A DNA stretch of 64,000 nucleotides from Camelus ferus. Lineage: Eukaryota. Under the pieces are notes generated by a model. That model ran no database searches. It was not told where the DNA came from and was given only the letters and a program-made list of their open reading frames with translations. This document shows, in pieces, positions 38,640-51,359 of this stretch. Both the position numbers and the translations under genes were made by a program. The first letter of the stretch is position 1. Each line of letters opens with the position of its first letter. The stretch lies in the NCBI RefSeq assembly GCF_009834535.1, contig NC_045696.1, forward strand, positions 26,476,001-26,540,000. The letters run 5' to 3'.

Positions 38640-39250
38640 GTGGGAACGAGGTTGTCAGCCTCTCTCCCACCACAACCCCAGTCATTACACGCTAGCATCC
38701 GAATTTTCCACCCCAACTCCTACTGTCATCTTGAGGAATTTCAACAGCCACGCCCATGATTCTCTAACTGCCTCGCTCCTCATCCAGTTGTAAAGACAGT
38801 CACTTGGTCACGACCTTGCCAGTCTTCTCTTCTGGAAAACTGAAGTATCAGTACTTCTGAACGTCAGCTTCTATACCTTTCTTTCTGTCTATTATTTCCA
38901 CTAAATTGCTTTGCTGATTTCCATGTAGTATTAAATGCTTTGATTTCTCTTTGTTCTCCAAGTATATTAGCCCCTTATTTTAATGAATGTAAGTGAATCC
39001 CCAGCCTGTGTCTTGGGTATTTAAAGTAGGAAAAACGACCTTATTGTTAGTGGTACTGTTATTGTTATCGTTACTGTATTACCACTGTCCATTCGCCATT
39101 TGCTTATTCTTTCAGTTCTCTAACCTTCTTCCTTCACTGTCTCCATCTGGCAAATTCCAACATTGTTCAAACGAACCCATTGCTTTTCTGTTTTGCTCAC
39201 ACGATCCCATTCTCTTTAGCAAATTGTTTCTTACCTTTATTCTTCTAATG
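38640..39250 (+). mobile_element. L2 ORF2 (endonuclease-region) fragment
   Basis: The translation TPTVILRNFNSH...SLTASLLIQL resembles the L2 APE-endonuclease motif P.IILGDFNIH, and the sequence has L2-like pyrimidine-rich composition. Confidence 0.6.
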
Positions 39251-39519
39251 TGGTTTCCCTAACAACAAACATCCTAATCTTAACCTTATTTCTAGTTCAC
39301 CTTAGGAAAGAAGGTACAGACAGTGAAATAATACTTAGCAATTAGAAACAATTGACTAGCTGTTCACCCATCAGCATGATTACATCATGAAATGTACTGC
39401 TGAGTGAAAAAAAGAAAAGTAAAAAAGAGAAGGGGACAAATGGTACAATAATTTGTGCTAATTAAAAATGCATGAACACAGAATGACACTAAACATTTTA
39501 TAAGAAGCTAAGCTACCCC

Positions 39520-39799
39520 GGCTTATTATACTGCTCTCTTGACTGGTCTCCCAGTCTGAGCCCTTGACTTGTTACAGTTAATTTACTAAAATTCTTCCAA
39601 GGAATCGCACAGCACTCACAGCCAAAGCCTAAATTCTATGGGGGGAGGGGAGACAACACAACCCAGCCCAGTTTGCCTGCAGCCCTGCTTTCCTATCTGA
39701 GTTCATCTGTTCCAGCTACAGTGGCCTCTTTCCTGTTTGTTGAACAAGCCAGGGACGCTCTTCCTCTGATATTTGCTTCCAGTAAACACATCCATGACT
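39520..39799 (+). mobile_element. L2a fragment (continues at ~40698-40955)
   Basis: 'actggtctccc', 'ttccagctacagtggcctctttcctgtttgttgaacaagccagg'. Confidence 0.7.
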
Positions 39800-39809
39800 A
39801 AAACAGAAA

Positions 39810-39910
39810 GGGTACGGGGGTGTTGCTCAGTGGTAGAGCACATGCTTAGTGAGTGGGAGGTCCTGGGTTCAATCTCCAGTACCTCTATTAAAAAAGAAGA
39901 AAAAAAAAAC
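39810..39910 (+). mobile_element. Camelid tRNA-derived SINE (Vic-1 type)
   Basis: A-box 'tgctcagtggtagagc', B-box 'gggttcaatctcc', 'catgcttag', an A tail, and a 10-bp TSD aaaacagaaa (39800-39809 / 39911-39920). Confidence 0.93.
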
Positions 39911-40379
39911 AAAACAGAAAAGAATTATTCCCCACCCGCTCCCCCAGGGGCTACCCTCTAGTGTGTGTGCCTGTCGAGGAAGGGGGTGGGAGGAAGGTAG
40001 TTGAGAGACAGATAATAAGCAAAAGGAGCAATTTGTATAGCATTTTAGGAAGTGATACATTTTATGGAGTAAAGTTTGGCAGGGAAGAGCTGTAGAGACT
40101 GTAGACATGGGATAGAGGATGCATTAGCGTTTTATTTATTTATATAATTATTTTTTGGATGCTCTAGTAGCTTTATGAACTCCCTTTTTTCCAGAGGTAG
40201 CAGGACCTCATAGCCGGAGAGCTGGAGAGGAAGCCAGGAAGCTGTGGTCTCTGGATGGGTCATTCAGGTGGGGTACAGAGGGCATCTTGCATCTCTTGGA
40301 AATCTCCTCCTGTCCACAATGAGCTGGACACAAATGTCACCTCTTTTGTTCAGGGCATGTGGCTGCTTCATTTAAATGC

Positions 40380-40697
40380 AGTCAGGGAAGGGCTTGTTGG
40401 GAAAGTGCCAATGAAGCAAAGAACAGGAAGAGGTAAGTAGGGGAGCTGTTTGGCTGGAGGAGGAGCAGGAGAGTCGGCTGGGAAGGGCTGGCGTGTTCTT
40501 GTTCTGGGAGCAGCACTCAGCCCACTGTTTCGGGGCCTTGGGCGTGAGGGGCAGTGGCAGATGAGGTTATAGAGCTGAAGGATGGGCAGCTGTGCAGGGC
40601 TTTGTAGGCATTTCTAAAGATCCTTAGTTTTGTCTGGTGATGTGGGAAGCTCTTTAAAGGATCTGAGCAGAGAAGAGACATGATCTGACTTGAAGTA
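40380..40697 (-). mobile_element. L2 fragment
   Basis: 'gcagggctttgtaggc...tgggaagc...tgagcagagaagagacatgatctgactt'. Confidence 0.75.
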
Positions 40698-40955
40698 TTT
40701 GTTCAAATGTCACGTTCTCTGTGAGACTCCGATGACCTTGATCAGAACCCCAACCTCACCTTTCCTGGCCACTTCCTATTCTCACTCCTTGATTTCTTTT
40801 TTCTTGTTAACACTTAGGAGCATCTAAGCTATTTGCTTTACCTATTTATTTTCATTTTTCTTTCTCCTGCTTCCTCTCCTCATATTAGTATAGAAAATCC
40901 ACAAAGACAGGATAATTCTTTTCTTCTATTTTGTTCACTGACATAGTCCTCAGCC
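40698..40955 (+). mobile_element. L2a 3'-end fragment
   Basis: 'tttgttcaaatgtcacgttctctgtgag...tccacaaagacagg...ttttgttcactg'. Confidence 0.75.
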
Positions 40956-41676
40956 CCATCTACACCTGCACGTGCTAAGAATAATGCACTGGGGGACAGA
41001 TAAATATCACCAGTATCAGACATTTGAATAAGTGCCTATAGGGGCAGAGTAGATGAACGAAAGTAGAAATAGGGATAAAACTGATGAATAAATAAAACAA
41101 AAGAGGAAACTTACATGGAACTACTCTGATAGTTCGCCATGAAATGTTAAGATTTACTCAACTGTTGGCAAACAAAATAAAAACGCATACATTTCTAAAT
41201 TGAGAAAAGCTTTAAGATATGAATTTCTTTAAATTACTGATTCTCTGTGATAAACTTTACTGCCTCTGTGTCCATTTTCACATCTACCCCACCTTCAATT
41301 TAAAGACAGGGGCCTCTTTTGTAAAGCAAACCCCTTTGTTTGCTCCTTTCATCTTTCTTGGGGACATTGCTTCATAATATGTGCCCTTTTTTGTCAGACC
41401 TGTAACTTTTCCACCCTCAAAGAGACCTTTTCTTCACTACGTTGATATGTTTACATTTTCCAATCTTGAAAATTAAGAATTAAAGCAATCAAATAAAGTA
41501 ATTTCTTTAAAAAAAGTTCGTTAATTTTTTCCACATAAATGATTCCTTACAAGAGATAGTAATTGCTAAAAGGGCCATCTAAGGTTAATGAAAAAATTGC
41601 ATGAAACATTGAAGCCATGGTAATTTTTGTAAAGCTGTTGATTCTCTATATGTTTTACTTTTTTAATTAAAAAGAA

Positions 41677-41818
41677 TTTTTAATTGAAGTATAGTCAGTT
41701 TAAAATGTTGTGTTAATTTCTGGTGTACAGCAAAGTTATTCAGTTATACATTTCGTATTTTTCTTCAATATTGGCTATTATAAGGTATGAATACAGTCCC
41801 CTGTGTGATACTGTAGGA
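41677..41818 (-). mobile_element. Short L1 3' end
   Basis: 'ttaattgaagtatagtcagttt..aatgttgtgttaatttctggtgtacagcaaag...ccctgtg'. Confidence 0.88.
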
Positions 41819-42556
41819 AAATACAGTAACTTCTGACCTTATCTCCCCTTCCAAATGCTGCTCCATTTCTTTCTAAACAAAGCTTTGAAAGAAGTGGCCT
41901 CAGCATTCTGTTTCTACTCAACTTCTGGTTCCCAGAATCATTTTTCAAACTGGTCCCTGACCTTATCATATACCTAAAGCTCTTTGGTTAGGAGCATCAT
42001 TAGTTTGCTAATCTTTTGGCTCATTGAAAAGATAATTATATATATGTAACATGTGTCATTACCCTGCTAGACTCTGGGGATGCAGTGTGGCAGGAGAAAG
42101 TATTTTCTTCACCAATTTATCACTACCACCTTCTTGGGCAAAAAATTTAGCCTCTCCCTCTGGGTATTAATCAAGACTGAAAAAAAAAAAAGATGCAGCC
42201 TTTAAAATGCAGCTCAGAGATAGAAAGGAAAAAAGAAATGTCTCTCTTGCTTGAAAACACAGTCGTTACGCTACGAAAAGTTTGCTCAGGACGATGTAAA
42301 TGGCTGATTATTGATGATTATTGATACATGTTTGATCCTGAGGCTGAAACAGCAATTCTCTCCTTCAATATTTTCTCTATTCTCAGAGATCCAAAATTTC
42401 TCAATTCATTTTAACAACGATTTTTCCAAAGGGAAAGCTTTTCAACCACGGATACAGTCTAAAACAAGGGAGCAGGACACCAAAGCAGGAATGAGAGAGA
42501 AACATTCTTTACAGGACACTGGGATAAATGGGATATGGGTAAATTTTTAAAAAAGC

Positions 42557-42581
42557 TTTTTTTTTTTTTTTTTTTTTTTTT
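42557..42581. repeat. T25 homopolymer
   Basis: Read directly. Confidence 0.95.
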
Positions 42582-42864
42582 ACAATAAGGAGTCTCTCAA
42601 GTATACTTGGGAGTCGAGAATAAGAGAACAAAAGTTCTGCCACATTCAGGAAGTAACTGGTCAGTTAACTAGCAGCGATTATAAGCCTCTCTCATCCCTT
42701 ACTCACTGTAGAGTCTGTATGGAGAAAACTTGGACCAGAAGTGAAGTCTTTCCTGGTGTATCAGTCTGAGTCTGGGTGCTTAGTTCATGGGCTAACAGAG
42801 ACAAGGGACTTGATTCTATAAAGAACTGTACTCGTATCTCCTTCTGTGTTAATGATGTTAAGTT

Positions 42865-43945
42865 AGAAATAAGACACTGCCTAACCCCTCAAGGAACTAT
42901 CGCCTACTGCAGAGGGGCACGTCAAGTAAACAGCTGTGACTAAATAAGACAGTTGCTTTAATGGTGTATGTGCCAGGAGCAGTAGAAGGAGCAGTAGCAC
43001 CTGTATCAGCCTGGAGCTGTCAAGTTCAATGTCACAGAGAATACAGCAATCGAGCTGAGAGTTTTAAGATATAAAAGTTGATTAGATTCCCAAGAGAAGA
43101 GGGGCCTAGGCAGAGGGGACAGTGCCTACAAAGGTATAAAGAAGCAAGGCTGGTTCTGCAATCTACAGGCAATTCAGTATTTTGGGATTAAAAGTAGGAG
43201 ATAATCTAACCGAGCAGGACTCTATGGGACTTTCCTGGGACAGACCCCTCCGTGTCCTCCACCTGCCTCTTGTTTGTAGAAAAACTCCTAGGCCTTCCCC
43301 AAGTTCCAAAGAATAAATTTAATCAGAGAAGTGAGAAAGTGCAGAAACAAAAGAAAATAGTCAAGCCAAACAAAAGAAAGCAGTGTAGCCATTAAACAAA
43401 GTCAGGGACATTTAGTTCCTTCTCAAGGGCTATAGGTAATATTCTGAGCCATATCCTTTGAGCTGTTTTGCAGATAATGAAACCCCCACTAGGAGGAAGA
43501 AGCTAACTGTATTCTGCCCACAAGCCCCAGACTCCAGACTGGTTGGAACCAGAAGGTTGATGATGTTGACTCCGGACTACCTCACCAACAGCCAGTCAGA
43601 AGAAGGCCCATGAGCTGATTGCACACCCTTCTACCTCCTCCCTCACCCTGTCTTTAAAAACCTTTCCCTAGAAGCCATCAAGGAGTTTGGGCTTTTTGAG
43701 CACTAGCTGCCTAGACTCCTTGCCTGGCACCTGCAATAAACACTGCACTTCCCTTCATCACAACCCGGTGTCAGCAGACTGACTTTACTGTGCACAGGAA
43801 AGCGGACCCAAGTTTGGTTCAGTAACAATTAGTGAGAGAAAGGTTGTGTTTGGCTAGGTGATTGGATCAGGAACCAGAAGTTAAATGTTGAAAGGCTATT
43901 TTATATCCTGCCAAGGAGTTTAGACTTTTCTTTTGTAGGCCAATG
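42865..43945 (-). mobile_element. L2 fragment interrupted by the LTR at 43205-43827
   Basis: 'ccctcaaggaact', 'ctaggcagaggggacagtg..caaagg' before the LTR and 'gccaaggagtttagacttt...gtaggccaatgg' after it. Confidence 0.65.
43205..43827 (+). mobile_element. ERV1 solo LTR (cetartiodactyl MER41/LTR39-like, long variant)
   Basis: Starts t(c)taaccgagcaggac, has TATA-like 'ctttaaaaa' and AATAAA (~43735), ends 'ttcagtaaca', with a 4-bp TSD ataa/atta. Homologous to 35097-35555. Confidence 0.88.
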
Positions 43946-45379
43946 GAAAAAAGAGTGTACCTGTGGTTGAATTTTATTTTCCATTTTCAAGTTATCTGAA
44001 TTCTCCAAGTCTTTCTACATGAACAGCTTCTACATTGGTAATACGAGGGGAAAAAATGGAAAATTATTGCTCTCTTGTACGTGCCTGGGTACAATGAATA
44101 CATTGGTGTTGAATTGTAATATTTAGTCCCTTTTGAGTTCGTTACATATAAATAGGTCTTTGAATCTAGTCACTCCTCGTAAAGTGATAAAATCAATTAT
44201 CTAGATGCGATCAACACTTTTCTAAATCTACCAGTGATGAATAAACTGAACTACCTATAACTCATATAGGGTGAGGCCCACTAGAGGAAGAATTCTGCAA
44301 ATTCTCTCCCTACAGCTCAGCTGCACATATCGTAGCGACCGTGCGCACCAAGTGCCGTGAGGCGTTGCCTGGGACGATGTTGGGTTTGGAGACTGCTAAC
44401 CTGTAATTTGAAACGCTTTTTGCTCTGCCTAAAATTGCTTCCCGTTTTTTAGCAGCACTATTTTTAAGCTACTTAAATCTTTGATTTAGTGTATCCTCTT
44501 GCAAGTTTTATTTTCATAGCTGTTTCCTATATTAATGGCTATTGCATTTTTTTCCATTTTATCTTAAGCTCCTGTTAAGGATGGAGCTGTATGATCTATT
44601 GTTCCCAGGAATGACTTCAAATTTTCTCATTACTGCAAGACATTAAGTTGCCAAGATATGATTTACTTTAGTAAGTGCCTTTTATGTCATCTACGTTGGA
44701 GAGTTTTTGTGACTGTTATTTAAATTTCATTTCCCTGGCAATCTGTCTCCGAGTTAAAAAAAAAAAAAAAAGGACAGACTAGATGTCGGATTCCACTAAA
44801 ATATCTAAAACATTAGCGAGCTGCCATTGCCTCGTTAGGCAGACACCACCAGCACAGACCACACACCGCATGAAACCGGAGCGGCCACCTGGAAACAGCA
44901 GAGGAGAGGGGTGCTTCTTGGCAGCGCCTTTCCAAATGTGTTCCTATCAACTGCACACATTTCTGAATATGTTGAAGCACAGAGAAGACCACAGAAGTGG
45001 AAAATTGGAAGGCGGAAAAAAAAATCCCCTTAGGCAAAGATTTAAAGTTAATTTTCAAGAATGTTTAGGTGGAGGATGCTTGCTGGAGGTCGATAAAGGT
45101 AGAGAGTACAATAGAAGCTTCTGTTCTAAGGCTGAGGGACTGTGTTGAATTGGCTGATAAGAAAATGAAATTGTGTAAACAAATTTAAGGTGATGATGAA
45201 GGGGTTCAATCATGCTGAGGACTTGCTGAGCGGGGCTCAGAAAACTGTCACCATAGTCATCTGAGAAAGTGATGTTTTACGTGTTTGTACCCAGTGCAAT
45301 ATTTGGACTGAAAAATAGTCAGGTTGATAGAAGTGATCTCCTTTAAATCACTCCTCCGTTGGATGGCAATATTCTGCAA

Positions 45380-45785
45380 AATTTTTATTGACTGCATTAA
45401 GCCAGAGTGAATAATTTGAAATACTGGGTTAAAACAAATGTTTAAAAAGGAGAGCAAAATAATAAATATTTAAATATTACTTGAAAAGTCACTACAATAA
45501 TTTAGTAGTCATATTTTATTTGCTGATAATGTCTAAGGCTATTATTATTATTCCTTTGATTTATAATGTGCACTTAGTTTTAAGGCCTCCCAGCATGTGT
45601 AAATTACAAAATCCTAAGTGATTTAAACAATGGCATAACTAACAATGGTACTTAAGGATGGTATTAGCGCTGCAACACCCCTGTTACTCATATCAGCAGA
45701 CCTTAGGTATATTATCTCAGAAATGACGTTACTGAATTATTCCCATTCCTGTCATCATATATATTCCTGTTCAATAGCATTAAGC
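45380..45785. promoter_or_regulatory. Candidate developmental enhancer (TCF/LEF, PBX-HOX and paired SOX sites)
   Basis: CCTTTGAT (45553-45560) overlaps TGATTTAT (45557-45564); TGATTTAA (45619-45626); AACAATGG at 45626 and 45641; repeat-free. Confidence 0.4.
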
Positions 45786-45934
45786 TAAAAAAAAACCAAA
45801 CATGTAAATGTTAAGAATAAAACTTTTAAGTCATGCTTTCCAGAAAGATTCCTAACAATCATTTTATAGCTTTTCTTAATTATTATTTTTCTTCCAATGC
45901 CACCATCTTAAGATATGGCTTCCACTAAAAAACA

Positions 45935-46155
45935 ATAATAATTATAAGATATGACTTGCTATGTATGTACTTTATATATCAACAATCTTATGAGGTAAGA
46001 CTATTACCGTATCTATTTTTACAGAGGAAGGAACTCAAGGCACCAACAGGTTAAATAACTGTTTCCAGTATCACACTGCTACCAGCATAGGGAGGCTCAA
46101 ACCCAAGCTGTCTTGGCTTCGTTTTGAAACAAAGAAACACATCCTCTTTCACCAC
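45935..46155 (-). mobile_element. MIR
   Basis: 'caacaatcttatgaggta..actatta...ttttacagaggaaggaac...aggttaaataact...caaacccaagctgtct'. Confidence 0.75.
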
Positions 46156-47672
46156 TGATTATTTCTGGTTAATTTAATGTGTTTTGTTCTAATTTTTTAA
46201 AGCAAGTAATAATAATTATGAAATATTCACTGGTGTTACCCATAGTGTGAATTGTCCATTGCCAGACACCTAAATATTTGGAAACATTTGTATTTTGGAC
46301 CAATTTTTTTTAAATTTTTGTTTCTGTGTTTATTCTTCTCTGCTGGACTCAAGTTGGTGGTTGGGCATGAGAGACGGAACAGAACAAAAATGATGAGGCA
46401 GGAAATCAGGGAAAGTTCCTGAAGCAGGCAATAGAGGGAGTTTAGGCAACTAAGACATCCTGCAGTTAAAACAGGCTGATGACCCGGCAGGTGACAGAGT
46501 TTGGCAGCAGAGTCCCATAAAGCCATTAGCATGATAAATTCACAACTATTGTGCTCCCAGCCAAATGGTATTTGGAGGCAGGTATCTGGTCTTTAGAAAT
46601 GAAACAGAAGAACAATGCAATTGAATCAAAAAACCAAACCAAGTAGGATAGTGTGATCCAGTGAATAAAATAAGAACCTGAGGTTTGCAGCTGGGACTTC
46701 TCTGGAGCAGGAACAAGATGTGAAAGTAAAAATCAGTCCTGCTGATGATAAGACTGTGCTGTTCCTCAAGGAACATCAGCCATTTTCCAATGGATTAGGG
46801 ATAATGCCAACAAAGAACAGTGCTTCTACAGAATCATACCCATGGCCACACCACAGCTGCGAAATTGCCAAAGATGAGTTCTTCAGAGTGCTTGTTACTT
46901 TCTCACCAGTGACATACCCAGTTATGTTGCATTTCTCCCACTTCTTGAACAAAATCACTGAAATAACTAATTCTTGAACACATCCATCTCAAACTGGACC
47001 CCTACTTCCATGTCCCTACTTAGAATCAACCAGTACAACCAAAACCCTAGAAGAGGTCCTCTTCTTCCATCCCCTTTTCCAAGTTGCCCCCACAGTAACT
47101 CTGCTAAGTGTTCTCTTTCGCTTCAGAAAAATAATAGGTCTCACCTTGTTTCACTACCTTTGTGTTCCTCGTCTTCTTTGCGCAGTGGACTTTAATAAAA
47201 AAAAAAAAAAAAAAGACCAGTTTTTAGAACAAACATGGCTGGACAAATAAGATTTACTGTTTCCATGTAATGGGCATGTGGCAAACATGACTACACTCAG
47301 ATTTTGGTCCAGAACCTTGAGAGGAGCTAATGCATGAAGTTAAATGGCCCTAGCTACAAAGTTCAGAAAAACTGAGGGCTAGGGAGTCAAGGACATAACT
47401 ATAGCCAAAGTTCGCTAATTTATTTATTTTTTACTCTAGAATTATAGAGACTTGCGATTAGGTGATCTTTTAGGTAATAACAGATGGGAGTCAGACACTT
47501 ACTCTTTTATTTGAATGTTTAATCTTAATTGTGATAAATATATTTTAAAAGATCTGACATTATATGAATAGATTTTCTAATTTGTTTTCTTCTCTAAAAG
47601 AAAATTTGGAGCTTGAAATCATTACCTGAAATATTCTACTCTTGACACATGGGCATTTATGGGTTTTGGGGG

Positions 47673-47875
47673 TTTTTTTTTGTATATATGTATTATTGAA
47701 GTATAGTCAGTTTACAATGTGTCAACTTCTGGTGTACAGTATAATGCTTCATACATGAACATACATAGATTTGTTTTTATATTCTTTTTTATCATAAGTT
47801 ACTACAAGATAATGAACATAGTTCCCTGTGCTATACAGTATAAACTTGTTTATCTATTTTATATATACTAGTTTA
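47673..47875 (-). mobile_element. 5'-truncated L1 3' end
   Basis: 'attgaagtatagtcagtttacaatgtgtcaacttctggtgtacag...agttccctgtgctatacag', with a degenerate TSD atgggcatttatg / atgagaatttatg. Confidence 0.92.
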
Positions 47876-50800
47876 TATGAGAATTTATGTTTGATATACA
47901 TTTCTTAGGTGGGCTTTCATGGACTGTTTAGGGTTGCTCTGAAGACAGTATGAGCAGAAGGGATGTATTGCTTCAGCACCCCAAAATTTCATTATGAAAC
48001 ATAAATACTCTACAATATTTAAAACACAGACTGTAACCAATTGTATAGTCTTGAAGATGTTTCTAGGCCTCCCTGTTTACTTACAAAAAAAAAAAAAAAA
48101 AGAAAAGAAAAACCATACGTAAACCTCATTAGAAATTCCTGACTGTGCAGGAAAGGTGCAGCTGCTGGCTATTCATCACCTAAACTTTGCTTTGTTTCTA
48201 TTGACAGATCATTTTAATAACCACAATTCTCCAGTTGATCTAAAGTATTCCACACTTCCGTGCTCGAGCAATTTATTATCTAACTGCCTAAAATAGGAAA
48301 TTTTATTTCTGCACTTCTCCTTGGTAATTCTTCTTCTTCCTCCCAGTACATTTGTTTCTCCTAAAAGTGGACTTGAATAACAATGTTTGCCTTTTCAAAC
48401 AAAGAAAAAAATTTTAGTCTGACAGTTTAGCCAGACTTGATAGATAATGTAAAGCTGTTTAAATAGAAGGAGCTCAGTGCCATGTGACCTCCCATACTTG
48501 AGGACTGTTTTCTGTGCTGGTCTACCCTACTATTGATTTCTTCTATCTGAATTTATAGAATATTTGAGTTAAGTAATTAAAAAAAAAAGTGGGGAAAAAG
48601 TGACACACATAAATCACGGACAGTGTTCATCATTGTATAGAATAGAAAGAAAGACTGACGTGTGTCCCCTGCCTAACATCTTCCAGTGACTCAACTACAC
48701 TCCCATTGCCTCCTTCCCTTCTGTTTAAGGAAAGATGGGAAACAGTGCTAATTCTTTCCCTCATTGTTGGTCTAAGAGTCAATCCTGCAATGACATTATT
48801 TTAAACAGTAAAGCATCTTTCCCGTATCATACTCTACATTAATGATGTGACAAGATTCTGGAGAAAACACACTCCAGTTTTGTTTATGACAACAAATGAG
48901 TCTTGGGTTGTCAACTTGCTCACTCTATGTATTAAATTCTGAAGCTGAAAAATATCCATGAAATAATAAACTACAGTGTTTTGTCGAGATGAACTTCAGC
49001 ACGTCTTTTTCATGCCATTAACTAGCTGAGTGTGAACTGATTTGAGAACAACCTGATAAAGTTTATATTTTCAGTCTGCGGGAAAAGTAAATGATAGCTC
49101 AAAAGGCTATTTTCATCACCCTTGATGATTTTGGTCTTCATTGCATTTCCTTATTTCTTGCTAAAGCTATTTTGCTAGAGGCTACAATATACTGAGAATT
49201 AGAGCTAGTGGAGTGGAAGTAAGTTGGCTTTGAAGCTAAGTGGCCAGACTGCCTCCCTCCGGCAAAAATATCTCCTTATGATAAAGCAGAATTCCTTTAT
49301 AATAGCCCCGGTGAACTTCTGAGAGATTGCCTAAGTGTCAGGCCCAGTTTAGAAGGTACTTTAGGGTGCCATTTTGAAGGAAGAAAATACCATGTTTGTT
49401 CAAGTAAGCCTTAAAAATAACACTCAAGCCTCACATTTCTTTCCCTCCTGCAGGCAAGGCAGGATGAAGGTCGGGATAAGGAAAACCTACAATCAGTGTC
49501 AGGGAAAGGGTTCATGACCGTACGTTGTTGCAATTTAAGAGGTTGGAGAAAGGAGCCCAGGTAACCAGCATGTCTGTTTTCACCAACTTCAGGTTCAATA
49601 TAAGGTAGTATGACTTTTTAGAGGCACATCACTATGGCTTCGAGACTGCATCCCATGAACTGAGGAACTCTTGTTCTACCCCTCAGCTTCTCTTCCTGAG
49701 ATATTCTCCAAAGCCCACTAGAGTTAGTTTTGAGCAAGGCTCAATCAATCCTAGTTACCATCATTGGAAACTATTGCTAGTCTGAAGTCGAGTCCATTGC
49801 CACTTCCTCTTTTTATCAAGACCTGGCAGACTAAGAAATTTGGATCAATATTTACTGACCACGTCTCTGTACCCCATTATCACTCCTCAGGATGCAAGGT
49901 CAGGAGGGATTTAAAATCATGCTACATATTTTGCTGGTAAATTTGTTGCCTTTTCAATGTTTAGTGTGGGTTTTATCCTTTCACAGAGAAATTCATTCAA
50001 TGAATAAGATAAACCAGTAGAGCACAGCAAATTTCCTTCAAACCATTGCTGTTTCTTTCAAATGACCTATTTTAGAGGCCATCAATATTCTAATTTGGTT
50101 ATTCATTTATTTCAAGAAAAGTATTTCATTTGTAAGGCTGTAGTCTGACTATAGATAAACTCAATTTATGTAACTATACAAATCCATTAATATCTCCATT
50201 CCAATTAAGAGGACTTCAAGTTTTATCCCTGAATAATAGGTGGGTACTTGTCTTATATATGCCACTGAAAGGCCTTTTTTTGGTGTCTTTCCCAAAGTGG
50301 AGGAAGTTTAGCTTCAAAGGTAATTATACCTTCTAGAAATCCATGTTGTCAGCTAAGCCAGAGGCAGTCCCTATATTAAAAATCAAAACAAACAATAATG
50401 TACATTCAAACAAATCACATTTCTAAATAATTTTTATTGGTCCCTTCCTATATAATGTGTACCTGTTATTTGGCTTAGTGATTTACTTATGCTATCTGGG
50501 TTACTATCATGGAGATTCTACAGAAGTATGTCAATCCCTGATATAATTTGGATCTCGAATTTTTAAAAGGAATATTTTTGAGCCATTTGATTAATATGTT
50601 CTGCTCATGAAAGATCTCCCTTGTTTTTGTTTTTGATTTTATCATTTCAGTTGGAAAAATAGCTCCTTGATTATAAAAGCTAAGCACGAGTGTCAAATGT
50701 TAACTAAATAATCCTAGCTATTATAAGATGCTGTATGACGGATGTTTAAAGCCCATATTTTCAATTTGTTTGACTCTAACTAACTTCACAGTTGTGATTA

Positions 50801-51359
50801 CATTTTCTTCTCTAAACAGACATTCAAATGGGAGCCAAGGCTCCTACTTTAACGTCAAGATGTAGTGAGTAGAACCAGTGGAGGAACAATTTTAGTTGCA
50901 TTGTGGGCTTAGGTTAAGAAACACTCATGGTAGCTCTAGTCTCTTTTCCACTCTGAGGACAATGGTTAGCGTATTTTAACAGAGTTTCATTAAATCTTTC
51001 TCCTCCTCTCCTTATTCCCAGTGGAAACACTTCTCCATGGTTATGACTCTCAAAATTTCTCTCTTGCTCAGACTGCAGATGAAGCAGAAGATTCATAAAC
51101 TGAGAAAAAAGAAATTTCTGTGTCATTCATGAGTGGAGATTTTGTAAATTTAGAAACACACCGTAGCTACAGGAATGGCCTGTCGGGTGATACAAGTATG
51201 TTTGGCTTTGGCTGTTTAGTTGTAAAGACAGAACAGCTGGGGGCTGCAATATATGTAAATGCTCAGTCTTTATCTGTTTTGAAGGACTTTGGAGGAAGAT
51301 GAACCATGGTTCTTAACATTGCTAAACCACCTTGGGGAGGCAGGTATAAAAGATATCAG

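Noticed and set aside
38362..38793. Longest ORF in the window (143 aa)
   Set aside because: Its C-terminal part is a decayed L2 endonuclease remnant and the rest is pyrimidine-rich chance sequence.
39810..39885. tRNA gene
   Set aside because: It has A and B boxes, but also an A tail, a TSD and no intact cloverleaf, so it is a SINE.
46230..46980. Possible ancient LTR or Gypsy-like fragment with several short ORFs
   Set aside because: I could not match it to any family or protein motif with confidence, so it is left unannotated pending a Dfam search.
47190..47215. AATAAA plus poly(A) as the end of a processed pseudogene
   Set aside because: The AATAAA is merely the start of the A run. There is no TSD and no recognisable mRNA upstream.
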